64,000 nt of DNA from Takakia lepidozioides (GCA_030704615.1 CM060731.1:53196001-53260000); one strand, 5' to 3'; shown: positions 24,495 through 46,367, counted from the stretch's first letter. Translations and numbers: made by a program. The notes: generated by a model not told the origin, from the sequence alone.

Positions 24495-27182
24495 TTACCA
24501 ATAGTCCCCACAAGAGCAAACGCCTCCTTCAAAGTGGTGGAAGCGATTGGCATCCCGTACAACAATTGCTCGTCCAACTATCTTTGAGATAAACTTGGTG
24601 GCAGTGTGGCAGTCACCACACACCCGAAGGTTCTTGATGACACACAGAGGTGTCCCAGCGGACGTGCTGATGAGCCCAAAAGCAATAGCCAGCTTCTCAC
24701 TGTGGTGTGAAAGTGAAAATACCTTATGCTCCTCCGCCACATTACGCAAAACAAAGCTTGTGTCAGGCATGTACCCGGCCTCCCTCATTTGGCCTGACAA
24801 AATCTCCAGCTTAGCATGGATTTCCTCAATTTGTGGATGAAATTTGTCATCTGCAACGAATGTATGCACGCAGTTGTTGACCTCAATGCTGCACTGACCT
24901 GGCGCCTTTCTGACGCCTCTGTCCTTCATCATTTTTCTCACCTTGGCAGAATCGTCCCACCTCCCAGCTGCGGCATAGATGTTTGATAATAGGGCGTAAG
25001 TGGCAGCATCCTGTGGATCCCACTTGAGAACCCATTTTGCTGCGTGTTCTGCCACCTCCACATTGCCATGAGTTCGGCAGGCACCAAGTAAGGCCCCCCA
25101 CACCGCAGCACCTGGTTCAATTGGCATATTGCCTATGAAGTCGTTTGCCTCATCCAACCGCCCTGCACGGCCAAGAAGGTCCACCATGCAGCCAAAATGC
25201 TGCAATGCAGGAGAGAGGCCATGATTTTGACTCATGGAATTGAAGTAGTGACAGCCTTCATCCACTAACCCCACATGGCTACATGCAGAGAGAACACATG
25301 TAAAGGTGATCCCATTTGGCTTCAAGTCTGCCTGTTTCATTTCTTCAAATAGTTGCAGGGCCTCCAGACCGTGTCCATGCTGTGCATATCCGGCAATCAT
25401 TGCACTCCATGAGATCACATTTTGTTCACCCATATTGTCAAAAACTTGACGTGCATCCTTCATGCTCCCACATTTGGCATACATGTCAGCAAGGGCAGTC
25501 TCAAGAGTGATATCTGACCCAATTCCAGATTTGACAATATCCGCATGGACCTCTTTGCCCTTTCCCAGAGCTGCCAGGCTGGCACATGCATTCAGAACGC
25601 AAATAAATGTGACCTTGTTTGGCATTATCCCTTCTCTTATCATATTCTCATACATCTCAAAAGTCTCCCTACCAGAACCATGCTGAGCATATCCTGCAAT
25701 CATAGTAGTCCACGAGACCACATCCGGCTTCAAGCCTTTCTGTTGCATTTGTTCAAATAGTTGCAGGGCCTCCCTACCACACCCATGCTGAACATATCCT
25801 GCGATCATCACATTCCATGAGACCACATTTCGCTGACTCATGTTATCAAACATTTGACGTGCATCTTTCATGCTACCGCATTTGGCATACATGTCAATAA
25901 GGGTATTGTCCAAATTAATATATGATGCAATTCCAGCTTTGATAATGTCAGCATGGATCTCTTTGCCCTTTTCCAGGACTGCCAGGCTGGCACATGCCTT
26001 GAGAATGCAGATGAATGTGACCCTGTCGGGCGTCACTCCTTCATGTACCATTTGCTCATAGATCTTGAAAGTGTCCCTGCCACACCCATGCTGAGCATAT
26101 GCTGCGATCATGGAGTTCCATGACACCATGTTCGGTTTCAAGCCTTCCTGTTGCATTTGTTGGAATAGTTGCAAGCCATCCCTGCCATATCCATGCTGAG
26201 CATATCCTGTGACCATCGAACTCCATGAGACCTCGTCTCGTTCAGCCATGTTGTCAAAGACTTGACGTGCATCCGTTATGCTCCCACATTTGGCATACAT
26301 GTCGATAAGTGTATTGTCCAAATTTATATATGAGGCAATTCCAGCTTTGATGATGTCAGCATGGACCTCTTTGCCTTTTTTGAGGGCTCCCAGGTTGGCA
26401 CACGCATTGAGAACACAAATGAATGTAACCTTGTTGGGTGTCAATCCTTCCCATAACATATGCTCATACATCTCCAAAGCCTCCCTACCATACCCATGCT
26501 GAGCATATCCTGCAATCATGGTGCTCCAGGACACCACATTTCGTTTAACCATACCGTTGAACAATCGAGAGGCATCCTTTATGCTCCCTGATTTGGCGTA
26601 CATGTTGATAAGGGCAGTCTCCAGAATGATGTCCAGTGCAATTCTAGCTTTGACCATGTCAGCATGGACCTCTTTACCCTTTTCGATAGCTCCCATCCTG
26701 GCACATGCATTGAGGACGCTAATAAACGTAACCTTGTTGGCTATCACTCCTTCCCATTTCATCTGTTCATAGATCTTGAAGGCCTCACTACCACAACCAT
26801 GTTTGACATACCCTGCCATAATTGTATTCCACGTAGACACGTCACGATTATACATATTGTCAAAAACTAGGCGTGCAGCCATGACACTTCCACACTTTGC
26901 GTACATGTTCATGAGAATGTTGAGTAGAAAGATGTCTGGCTTGAATCCACTTTCAATAATGTGGGCATGCACCTGCTTTCCCTCTGCTAGGCCTTTCTTC
27001 TCGATGCATTCCTGAAGGAGACAAGCATAAGTATTTCGGTCTGCCGAAATGCCGTCTTTGTTCAAAAGGTGCAGTGCCTCTTCCAATTGTCCTGCCTTGC
27101 ATAGTCGCTTGACATCCCTGCAGGTGCCAGAAGAGTTCTTGTTGACTCTGTCTCTTCGTCCTCTTTCCAAAGCAGGAGTCAT
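24495..27182 (-). CDS. PLS-class PPR protein with intact array and E1-E2-DYW domain (C-to-U editing factor); main exon, upstream exons likely
   Basis: ORF of about 2.7 kb with 19 PPR motifs, PGQCSIEV, HSEKLA, CGDC and terminal SCGDYW. ATG in ccaccATG context at 27182. Confidence 0.95.
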   Translation of the reverse strand: MTPALERGRRDRVNKNSSGTCRDVKRLCKAGQLEEALHLLNKDGISADRNTYACLLQECIEKKGLAEGKQVHAHIIESGFKPDIFLLNILMNMYAKCGSVMAARLVFDNMYNRDVSTWNTIMAGYVKHGCGSEAFKIYEQMKWEGVIANKVTFISVLNACARMGAIEKGKEVHADMVKARIALDIILETALINMYAKSGSIKDASRLFNGMVKRNVVSWSTMIAGYAQHGYGREALEMYEHMLWEGLTPNKVTFICVLNACANLGALKKGKEVHADIIKAGIASYINLDNTLIDMYAKCGSITDARQVFDNMAERDEVSWSSMVTGYAQHGYGRDGLQLFQQMQQEGLKPNMVSWNSMIAAYAQHGCGRDTFKIYEQMVHEGVTPDRVTFICILKACASLAVLEKGKEIHADIIKAGIASYINLDNTLIDMYAKCGSMKDARQMFDNMSQRNVVSWNVMIAGYVQHGCGREALQLFEQMQQKGLKPDVVSWTTMIAGYAQHGSGRETFEMYENMIREGIMPNKVTFICVLNACASLAALGKGKEVHADIVKSGIGSDITLETALADMYAKCGSMKDARQVFDNMGEQNVISWSAMIAGYAQHGHGLEALQLFEEMKQADLKPNGITFTCVLSACSHVGLVDEGCHYFNSMSQNHGLSPALQHFGCMVDLLGRAGRLDEANDFIGNMPIEPGAAVWGALLGACRTHGNVEVAEHAAKWVLKWDPQDAATYALLSNIYAAAGRWDDSAKVRKMMKDRGVRKAPGQCSIEVNNCVHTFVADDKFHPQIEEIHAKLEILSGQMREAGYMPDTSFVLRNVAEEHKVFSLSHHSEKLAIAFGLISTSAGTPLCVIKNLRVCGDCHTATKFISKIVGRAIVVRDANRFHHFEGGVCSCGDYW

Positions 27183-29746
27183 GGTGGAGGTTCCTGCTTC
27201 ACACAACTGTCCCTGATCCCATCCTGTGACCCTGCATCAAATAAAACAATTTCATGACAACAGAATCTTTGATAAATAAGGGGTCTTTGCATTGGTTAGA
27301 CCCTACAATCACAGGGTACATATACCAACTCGGACACCAGCTGGAAAAACACTTCTGACCACTGCCTTTACCTTCAAGCGGAAAACTCATAACATTCAAT
27401 ATCTATGTTAAACTGTTAAACTTCCCCGTTCGGTAACGTCCTGTGCACCCATTGATACATGACTTTTCTACTTCATCTCTAGCAGAACACCCATGCCACT
27501 AGCAGAGAAATCAGAAAAATCATGAGGTCTGCATCTGTACAAGAGGAACTGTCATACTGGAAGGGCCCGGCAATCCCCTCCACCAGGGCTTGCCACGGAC
27601 CTCAGCCTAGCTGCTTCCAGCTTCTCCAGTTGAACATTTTCCAAGGGATGATTCTTTGAATCTTTGAATCCACAGTGCCTCGTTGGTACTCTTGCACCTG
27701 GAATATGGTGTTCTGGGATTGATCTGCAACCATAATCCATCCCTGCCTCAACAACAGTAATTCATGCAGACTACCTGACAGAGGTGACACGTTACTGTGG
27801 TTGCACTTTAGTCACAACGTTGAGGTGAAAGGGCCTGCAAAAAATGTACCCACAAGAGGGTGGATGGCGTAGCCTTGTAGCCTTGTGAGAGAGAGAGAGC
27901 TTGTCAATGCATCATCTTGTCGCCCTTCAACTCCAACTGCCTTGACAACAAAAATGCATAGATCCTCTGCACTGCTTGACGTAGCGGACAAGGACACATC
28001 ACCCCTTCCTGACACTAGTTCATATGCTAATTCTTCGACAGACTAGAAAAATGCGTGTGTGTGTATCTCTGTGAAAGAGAAAGAGAGAATCTTATTGTGC
28101 GGTTTCAAACCGCCAGGACCTGGGAAAGCAGGGTGAAATTGTAGTAAACAACGTTACATATAAGCACTGCTACATTACCATCCACAATAGGTATGACGGA
28201 AGTGGTTGTGGCCGCACTGTCAGGAGAATTCACAGGAAATTTTTCCCATTCCATCTTGTTGTGTGGTTATGGTATAACACCACGCACCTTACTTCCCTCG
28301 AATGTCCCTCCATCGACTGGGTTTTGAAAACTTTGCCTCCTCCTCGTCCGATGTTGGCTTCCTGCATTTTTGCTGGTGTTAGCAAGTCCCTCACTGAATG
28401 TGACCATGGGCGGCCGTGGCCTCACCAGCTGGCCTCGTTGCTCATTTCCCCGTCTATAAACTTCTCCTTCTACTTCTCCATTCATCCATTGCCCTGCAAT
28501 TGGGTTGAAACTTTCGAAACAAATCTCAATCCCATGCGGTTTGGAAAGGTTAGAGGACCGTACAGACTGTGCAACCCATATGAAAATTCCAGACCAAAAT
28601 CGGGCTTGTGAAGAGCGTAGCCCCAGCAAGACTCATCAGAGCACTCGACGATGAGTGATGAAGGTGTGGAGAAGGCAGACATTCCCGGATACGACGCCAT
28701 GGCTGCTGCTCCATCTCTCGTGCAGATGAATAGATGAATAAGGGGGGCCGCGTGCAGTTTTCCAGAAGAAATCGTCTACTTAGCGATGAATAAACCCCTT
28801 CATCCATCGATCTGCCCTCAGCATGAAGACACTTGAATGATCGACCTTGCCGTCAGCAGAGAGCAACTCTCAATTTGGAGGTGGAGCAAGCGAATGTGGC
28901 TGTATTGAAGGGGTATCATTTTGAAGGGAAGAAGGAAGAGGTGGGTGTACAAAACATTCTTTGAAGGTGAGTGCTTTCTTCGAATTTGATTTGGCTGCAA
29001 TTCGCGTGCGGGTGCCGCCCTGTGGATTGGAAGAATGTGGATTTGTCTTTTCCGGAGCAGATTTCAACTTTCCTGGGAGGAAAAATAGTAGCTGATAGGC
29101 AGTGAGCGTGGAAATGGACCTGCTTCTCCAATCATGAATTCAGATATGGTGCATCTGATGGATAATTGCAGTAGTTCATGGTTTTCGTGCTTCATGGGTT
29201 CAGTTATGCATAAGGAAACCAAGGAAGAAGTTATCGGGCATACTTAGCTTGTCTTGGGAGAATCCTTAGGATCTGCTCTCCAGTGCCAAAAGCTTAACTT
29301 TTTGAGGTAAGGACACAAAAATGGAGAGTGTGTGTGCAAACTTGAGGTATACTGCGGCTCTTCAAAGACAGTGAGATGGGTGGCACTTAAAATTGGTTCT
29401 GATTGGCAGTCCGGGCATGACCAGGTCAATCTGTCTAGGGCTGGTCAGCGTTGTGCAAAGGAAAGGTCAGGTAGTAGAGGGCCTTCAGCGGTCCACGATT
29501 GAACAGTCACTTCTTGTTCTTGGGAAAATGCTCTGTGCTCTGTTCCCTTTACAATAGGCTTCGGGAGGGTCAGCAATATGACCTCAAGAAATGCTACGAA
29601 ATAAAATGGTATAATTGAGGACTATTCAGCATATGGAGGTTCTCCAGTACATACCATATTGAAGTTCAGGATAGTTTCGAGGTGTGCTTCACAGCTCTCA
29701 AACTCAAATGTTGTTGCATAAAGCAGAGCTGTTACTCTTTGGCGGC

Positions 29747-32700
29747 ATGGAAGGAGGTGGTGAAGAGTCCATCAAGCAGGTAGGCCTTCTCACATGTCTG
29801 GTTTCAGTGCCCTGCTTTGATGTCTGAATTGTGCAGCTGAATGAAATCTGCAGTTACAGCACATCAGTTAGCTGAGAATTGTCAAAGGAGTCAACTGTTG
29901 GAAGTTCATCAATCGTCAGATTATTCCCTTGTGTCCATCATATGAGGCAGCCTCCAGCCACACCTATTTGTGTGGGTAAGTGTATACAGCAAATCCACTT
30001 ATCCCCCAGACTTGGGTGGAACCCACCCTCCACAAAGAGACAATTCAACCCTAATAGAGTGGAATATTTGGATGTCAGTCAGAACAGCTCAGTGAACTAT
30101 TTGAGAACTATCTGGCTTCATTTCGGACTTAACTGGCCAGAGTTTTTCTATCTGACTTCTAGTGTTGCTGTAGCAATTCTTTGTTATATGAACCTTGTGT
30201 GGGTTGAGTAGTGCTTGTTATTCTGCTAGAGCATAAGTAAGGGTAGTTGTAGTTGATAAGCTCAGGTCTAATTCTTTATGCACTGGAGAAATAGTGCAAT
30301 TTGCCATCCAGTTGGTTATCAATGGATGTCATAAGAATTCTCTTACAGGCTATGACTTTATGTTCTTTCCCGTGACAGCAGGAGATATTCACCACTTCCG
30401 TTTCAGAGGACACCCCGGAAAATCTCTTCTTCAGAGGGTCTATTCCAGATGCCATTGTTGGCGCACAAACCGGAAAGAAGGTTCTGATTGTCTTTGTTGC
30501 AGGTACAAGATGGAGTCCCTTTTTCCCCCTTATCACCAACCTCCTGTAAGTTAGAATGTATGACATCTAATTGAGGTGCTTGTTCCTCATCCAGCAAGCA
30601 GTTGCTCTAGTTTGAATTGGAAGGTCACATATGGGTAGGTTCCAGTTAAACAATGGGGATTGTTTTTTGAACAGGTACAGACGAGGAATCTGTGAAGTTG
30701 GAACAAAGCACTTGGCAGGATTCACAGGCAGGTTACTGATACTCTGTTAATAATCACTTCTATTTATCTCAGCTCACCTCTTTCACACCATCCTGGTGCA
30801 GGGATTGGCAGACCTATTTCTTATGGTATGTTGCTACCTTCTTTGAGGTTTTCTTATACAAGCTGCCCATAGTCCACTTGTATTGTGGTCCGCTTAGTGA
30901 TTGATGTCCACAGAATGATCCTTGGAACTAGTTGTCTCTAGGTGACACGTGGAAGAATTTTTGAATGCAGGTTGTGAAAGAGGTGCAGCAGCAATGCCTG
31001 GTGCTTCGGTTGGAGCATGGAAGCACTGATGCGGCAAACTTTGCAGCCCTCTGTATCCTTTCTGAAATTTGAATGTTTCAGATCCGAGAGCATTGGAAGA
31101 GACTAAATCTCTACTACTACTGTTGTTTGTTGAAATATGGTTCTTTTGTCCAAATTTCATGATAAAACTGAGAAAGCATATTATGGCAACCAATGGGGAA
31201 CGGTAGCCCCCCGAGTTTGAAAGAACCCAGAATCCATGGTTGCTAACATCTACTGTACTCCACTTGAATTCGCTGTTGGCCTACTCTGCAGTTTTGGTAT
31301 TCTCCAAGCATATCACCTGATGCACAGAGAGACGCGAGGAAGGAAACAGAGAGGGGCAATGACAGTTTGGATTATGGATTTATGAGTGCCCTCCGATTTA
31401 CTATTCTGTACCTAGCTATCAAATTTGGTGGAACGAACAAGGCGTACCATTTGCATCTACAGTGTCCTTTGCAACATAATTGATTTTGTGCCTTCCGTCC
31501 ATGATGTCCCCCAAACATGGTGCATTGTTTGGAGTGACGGGATGTCACAGTAAAGTGTACAATTCACGGATTTGTCAGTGTTCGCTTGACTTAGAATGAA
31601 ACAAGATCCTGTTCGGCATGTACCAACCATCATGTTGCTTGGGCTCAAGGGGTCTGTGCTCCATCAGCTGGGTATGACCACATGACCCCTAAATCTTATT
31701 GGTTCCCCCCCCATTCAATTTTTACCTCAAAACCCTTGTGCACTCTTCGGGTAGTCTTTCAGGATATGCTTTTGCGATGCACTGCCGTTGTCTTGACCAT
31801 TGTTAATGTAACCTTTAGTTGTCACTATGCAACCCAGTGGTTCTACCTGTTGTATGTTCCTAACAAAGTGGGGGAATGTTTTCATCAATTAAGGTGCTTT
31901 CTAGTTGCAAGAGACAGTTCACTAGAAGTGTTCCTTTTAGTGAAGGTGGGTTACCACATGTCATGGAACAGAGGGCTACAAAAGTGCTGAGGAGTTTTTA
32001 GGCCCTCTTCAGGAGGCAGTGGGCACCTTCAATGATCAGGTTTACTTCCAGCCAGCTTGTTGCCTCTGTTATCTTGCTTGGGTCTGCATGTATTCTGTGG
32101 AAGTGCACACTGTCCCCTATTTCTACTTTCAGCAAGGGGTCATTCTCATGAGTTTTTCCAGTGAATGTTCTTGGCATGTTGGACAGTAACTCATCTTTTG
32201 TAAGGTTGGGTACATCCAGATTTGAGATATGAGTCCAACTGAGATCTCATAGGTATTTTCAAATACATGTCTTAAAGGCAGTCAAAATGCAGGGTTTGTC
32301 TACAGTTACCTGTGAACATCAAATATTAATTATATTCCCCACAACTGTGCATCCACTAACTGATATCTGCCAGTACAAACTAGAGGTGGCTGGTGTTTCT
32401 GCCCTTGCACTTTTAGTTTGATGCTGAAAAGATTACTATGTACTTCTGCTACTTGAATGCATTGTGCAGAAGCAGTTGCAGAGTGCAGCTGATGCAAGTG
32501 CCATGTTTGCACTGATCTCTGGTAGCAACATGTCTGCCACAAGCTCTGTTACTCCATCTGGAATGCCCAGGCGACCATCTCCAGGTTTGGTTGCATGATA
32601 ACACTTCTCTTAGTCACTTTTCATTAGTCATCAACTCGAGAAGATTAGAAGAACATCATAGCATTTCCTTTTGTATTGCTTTCTAGGTGATGTGGGACCT

Positions 32701-34552
32701 GACACAAATTGCATATGTTTCTTCTGGGACAGGATGGGAAATTTGATGGTTTGAAGCTAAAGTGCATTAGCTTCTATCTCTGGATGATTTGTAAGACACC
32801 ATAGAAAATGGGGCCACGTTTGGCACCAATGATTTATCCTTAAAGGGGTGTTGTGTATGTCTTTACATGCTTCCTCCTAAACATTTTTCTAGGAGATCCA
32901 ACTCATCCAAGTGTGACAGGTGAATCAAGTGGTTCTGCACAAAGGCAGCCCCCTGCCTCTAAAGACCCAGAAGATGCCACAACTACAGCAAATGTAACAG
33001 ATCAAGTAGTCGATACACCAAAGGGAGATACTCCACATGTGGCTGCATCGGCAGTCTTGGGCAGGACCGTCAGCTCCGTACTCATCCCACATTCACACCC
33101 TGACACTGCAAGAGCAACCTTAGATATTCATCAAGGGGAAGTCAGTGAGAAGCCTGAAGCAAGGAAGGACACTTCTGGTGTCTCAGAGTCTGCAAGTTTA
33201 AATATGGAACAGGGAGATTTACACTGCCAAGAGGGCAATGCCCATAGCCAGGCCACAGCAGAGGCCAGCTCTGGTGTTGAAAAGAAGAATACTTCCGGTG
33301 TTCAAATTCCAGTGGAGAAGCCATCAGGGAGGAAGATGGGTCCTTTTTTATTGCAGATAAAATTGACAAATGGTGAGACCATACGGGGTACATTTGAATC
33401 TTCCAATGTCCTTCGAGCTGTCAAAGAGTTTGTGGATGAGAACCGCACGGACGGGAGAAGCAGCTACCATCTTGCAGTCCCATTTCCTCGGAAGATGCTT
33501 TCTGATGAAGGTGCCTCTCTAACAAGTATCCATATCCGATCACAAAAATGCACATTCTTTTCTGTATAAGTCTATGTTAATTGTTTGCATTTCAGTCCTT
33601 GAGTAGTGCCATGATGGTGCAGATTTTGGGAAAACTCTTCTGGAGCTGGAGCTTGGCCCCCGCTCTGCATTGATATTGGTGCCTTCCAATTCCACAACAG
33701 TGCCTTTGCTGCGCCCTGCCCTTTCTGTCAATCAGCCCACTGCCAGCATTTCACAGAGAGACGCACCAATGTCTGGCTCTCTCATTGGAAAGCTCCTATC
33801 GTACTTCAATCCATTTGCATACTTTGGTGGTGGTGCGGTTGCTGCGGACAGGCAAGATTCGCCAAGTGGGTCTACATGGCAATACAGTAAGTCTATACAT
33901 TCTCTGTACTTCGGTTCTATAAGAACCTATTGGACTTTGTTACTGAGGTTTGGTCAATTTACTTCACACTGAGTGAATCAACATGACAAATGATCCTTTA
34001 TACTGGACAGGTTCATAAGTCGTGCTTACCTGCCCACTGGACAAAACCTTTGGTTTCTTGATCACCTCTGAACGGGTGCCTGACATTTCATGTCCTTTGG
34101 GTGTCTAATCCCAAATCTGTTGACATGGGCTACCTTATGCTTACACAACACTGTCTGCTCCTTCAATCACATGCAGAAAGCCGCTTTGGCAGCTGCAGAT
34201 TGTAGATAGTAACAGTGCAGAACACTGTAAAAGTATGTAGTACTGAAGGAAATTGTATGCATGTGCAGATAGCAATCCAGCCTTGGGAAGGACCTTGCGG
34301 GAGGGTTTACAGCCACCACTATCTGGTTCTAACCAACCCCTCTCTCCATTTGCATCTCCAAACAATTCTGGAGGGGCCCAAAGGGGAGAGGGTTCGGGAG
34401 CTGGGCACTTAACCCAAAGGAAAGGGTGGGGGTTGGGTGGCAATGTACATACGCTCCAGCATGACGAAGACGACTATCCCCCTCGTGGCAATACATACTG
34501 GAATGGGAACTCGACACAGTTTGGTGGAGATGATGAGTCTAAACAAGACTGA
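29747..34552 (+). CDS. PUX11: UBX-domain CDC48/p97 adaptor, PUX11/UBXN4-like, 10 coding exons
   Basis: Exons 29747-29779, 30379-30502, 30675-30727, 30971-31052, 31606-31671, 31972-32039, 32470-32584, 32893-33510, 33623-33886 and 34269-34552. N-terminal FRGSIPDAI..AQTGKKVLIVFV...ANFAALYP..VP, UBX domain (LQIKLTNGETIRGTF...VPFPRK...LLELELGPRSALIL), C-terminal YWNGNSTQF. Confidence 0.88.
31053..31605 (+). other. U12-type (minor spliceosome) GT-AG intron in the UBX gene
   Basis: 5' site GTATCCTTT, branch-like TTCGCTTGAC ending 15 nt before the intron end, no polypyrimidine tract. Splicing restores ...ALYPV.... Confidence 0.8.
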
Positions 34553-35555
34553 GCTTGGAGACCTTCAATTGAGCGCTAATGTGACCCACTATCCTAATAT
34601 CTGTCTCATAAAATTTTGCGCTGTTGATAGTATGTTACAACTCTTTTACATCTCCTGAAGAGATCAAGATCAGTGTATAATACATATTACTGTGCATACT
34701 TCTTCATCTCCATTTAGTCCTCATAGTGATGTGACATTTTCCTTTTCCCATATTTCAGAACAGCTTAGGCTTCTTCTGCCACCTAGCTGGGACAGCTATA
34801 TACTGACTGGGTCTTTGGCCTCACAAAGCCAAAGCACACTATTTGCTAATATGTAATTCTCAAGGCGTGACCACTCAAACAGTGGTAATTTCAATGACCG
34901 ACTGCGAAAATGGTATGGCTGGGTCTCACACATTAATGGGGACATTTTTTTGTGATTGGTGATTCTATCCCAATCTTTTTTGAAGTCCTCATTTCTGCAA
35001 GTGGACCCTCCACACTGGGCCGAGTTGACCCTCTAGAGTGAACTTAGGGTGGGTGACTTACAATGGACCCTCTAGTGTGGACCTAGGGGCAGGTGCCCCT
35101 GTTTCTTGATAACAGATCATTCCAGGAAGAACCTACTTATAAGACGCCGTTAATCTTAATTGAGTGTTTCCAGATATCCTCTAAAAAGCCCAAGCATCGA
35201 CTTGCTGTGTGTGAGCTGCCCAGCAATTAGACCCCAACAGGGCCTGTAAGATATCAACATAGAGGCAGTGAGGTGCTGTATAAGGGAGCGTGTCCACAAT
35301 AATCATACCATTCTTCTTTTCCCCCCTTCGGAGACGAGCATCTTCTTCACGAAACAAAACGAGAAATGAATGAACGAATCGCCAGTTTTGGACGATCATC
35401 GACCCACAGTTTTGGACGCTCGTTGACCCACAGACTCGGATTTAGTTTGGGAAAGTGTGCGTGGGATTATTAAGTTGGGTGGGATCTGCATCGCAAGGGG
35501 AGGACTCTTGACTTGGAATGCAACAATCTGAGCTCGACAGGAGCAGGAGCTGGCC

Positions 35556-38726
<3,171 letters not shown>

Positions 38727-39807
38727 AGATCCCTTATTTACTACTGAGGAATGAAGTTGTGGATAGTCAGTATGTTTGTTCAGGTTAGGAAACTTCATGT
38801 GACCGTCTCTTTGTTTTACTGGAAAGAGGCATGCATGGCTGTTGTAGAGAATGTGGAGTCAAAGATACATGCTTTGCACCAAGAAACTATCTTGCAGTGG
38901 TGTTATGGAAATGGAACCTGTGGTAAGTAGTGAAGAATGTGTTACCTTGGCTTAGCTTTGTGGCAAGAGGATGGGTGATGAACAGTCGACATCCACTACC
39001 ATATCCTAAGCCTTAACTGCCTGCAAGAGAAATTCTGCCTACCTCCTGCCACCCAGAGTGCCATGATTGGGCTGATTCAGATGTGTAGCAGTGAACCATT
39101 GCATTTGTTGAGCACCTTTGCAAGTCCAATTTGGGGAAGGCTTGCAGAGTGTGCACTACATCGTCTTGCGAATGGGTGAAAACAGAAAACTGACCTAAAG
39201 GTGATTCTGAGTAAAACTTGCATTGTGAACCTTAGGCCCGGGCTGCACAGAACATTACAACAAGCAATACTAAAGGCAAATGCTGATTTAGACTTCAACA
39301 CTTCAAAACTCGTACCGGTTGCTCTGGATGAATTTTCTCCATGTGCAATATACCAGTACTTTACAGCTTCAGTCAGAACAGGAACAAAACCCTGTCATGT
39401 AAGGGAAGCGAAAACCTACTTATTATAACAGCTTTGAAGTTGGCAGATTGACCTCACTTCAGGCCTTACAACAGTAAATACAACTGGACAAACTCTTCAA
39501 AGGTCTCAGAGTAGCAAATTGCCTGACAAAGCCACAACAAACTAAAACTCAAAGCCTTCATCATCCACAGACTTTAACCATAAGGCTTTTATGATGCAAG
39601 GATTGTGTGTCGTTGGTTTGACGCACCCTGATTCTAAATACCATCCACAGATAAGTCTTTGCCCCACCATAAGTTGTGGCAGAACATGACTAGTGATGCA
39701 CACAACAAGAGGGACACAAAATGCTAGTTTCATCCGGATCTGGATGTGCAGTCTACCACAAGATTCAACACCAGGCCTCAACTAGCTTGCTCAGCCCTAC
39801 CTCCTCT

Positions 39808-45979
<6,172 letters not shown>

Positions 45980-46367
45980 CGCTCCGCAATCCCGCGACAC
46001 TCACAAATCCTCACAAGTCGGTCCACAACAGCGAGCGAGAGCCGAGCAGCTCTGCGCAGGAATGTGAGCGACAACCAGACTGCGCGCTTGTTCCCCTCTC
46101 TGTATAACTCCCCGGGGCAGCCGCGCTACTAGTTTCGCCAGGTTTTGCCTTTTGTTTTCGCTAAGTCAATGTCCGCGGATTCGAATATCGATCTCAATAT
46201 TGATGGTGGTATATCGTTCTCTGGTAGTCCATCCAGTACAGTACCGTCCTCGAAATAATTACCAAATTTATTTGTTGAATATATGGCGAAGCTAGGCCCG
46301 AAGACCTAGGCCCGGCGACATCGGACTTGTTCCGTTTCAGTCTCACATCGCTGTTATGAGCTCGCAC

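Noticed and set aside
24495-24910. Possible U-to-C (DYW:KP-type) editing domain
   Set aside because: The PG box, HSE motif and DYW end fit C-to-U types; no KP-type PG-box replacement or HAE motif is seen.
3076-27015. Many short antisense and alternate-frame ORFs over the PPR genes (MLPHLAYM..., FGIHV...)
   Set aside because: They are shadows of the repetitive PPR codon pattern, not independent genes.
46340-46350. USE-like GTCTCACATCG
   Set aside because: No TATA box at Pol II or Pol III spacing and no recognisable snRNA downstream.
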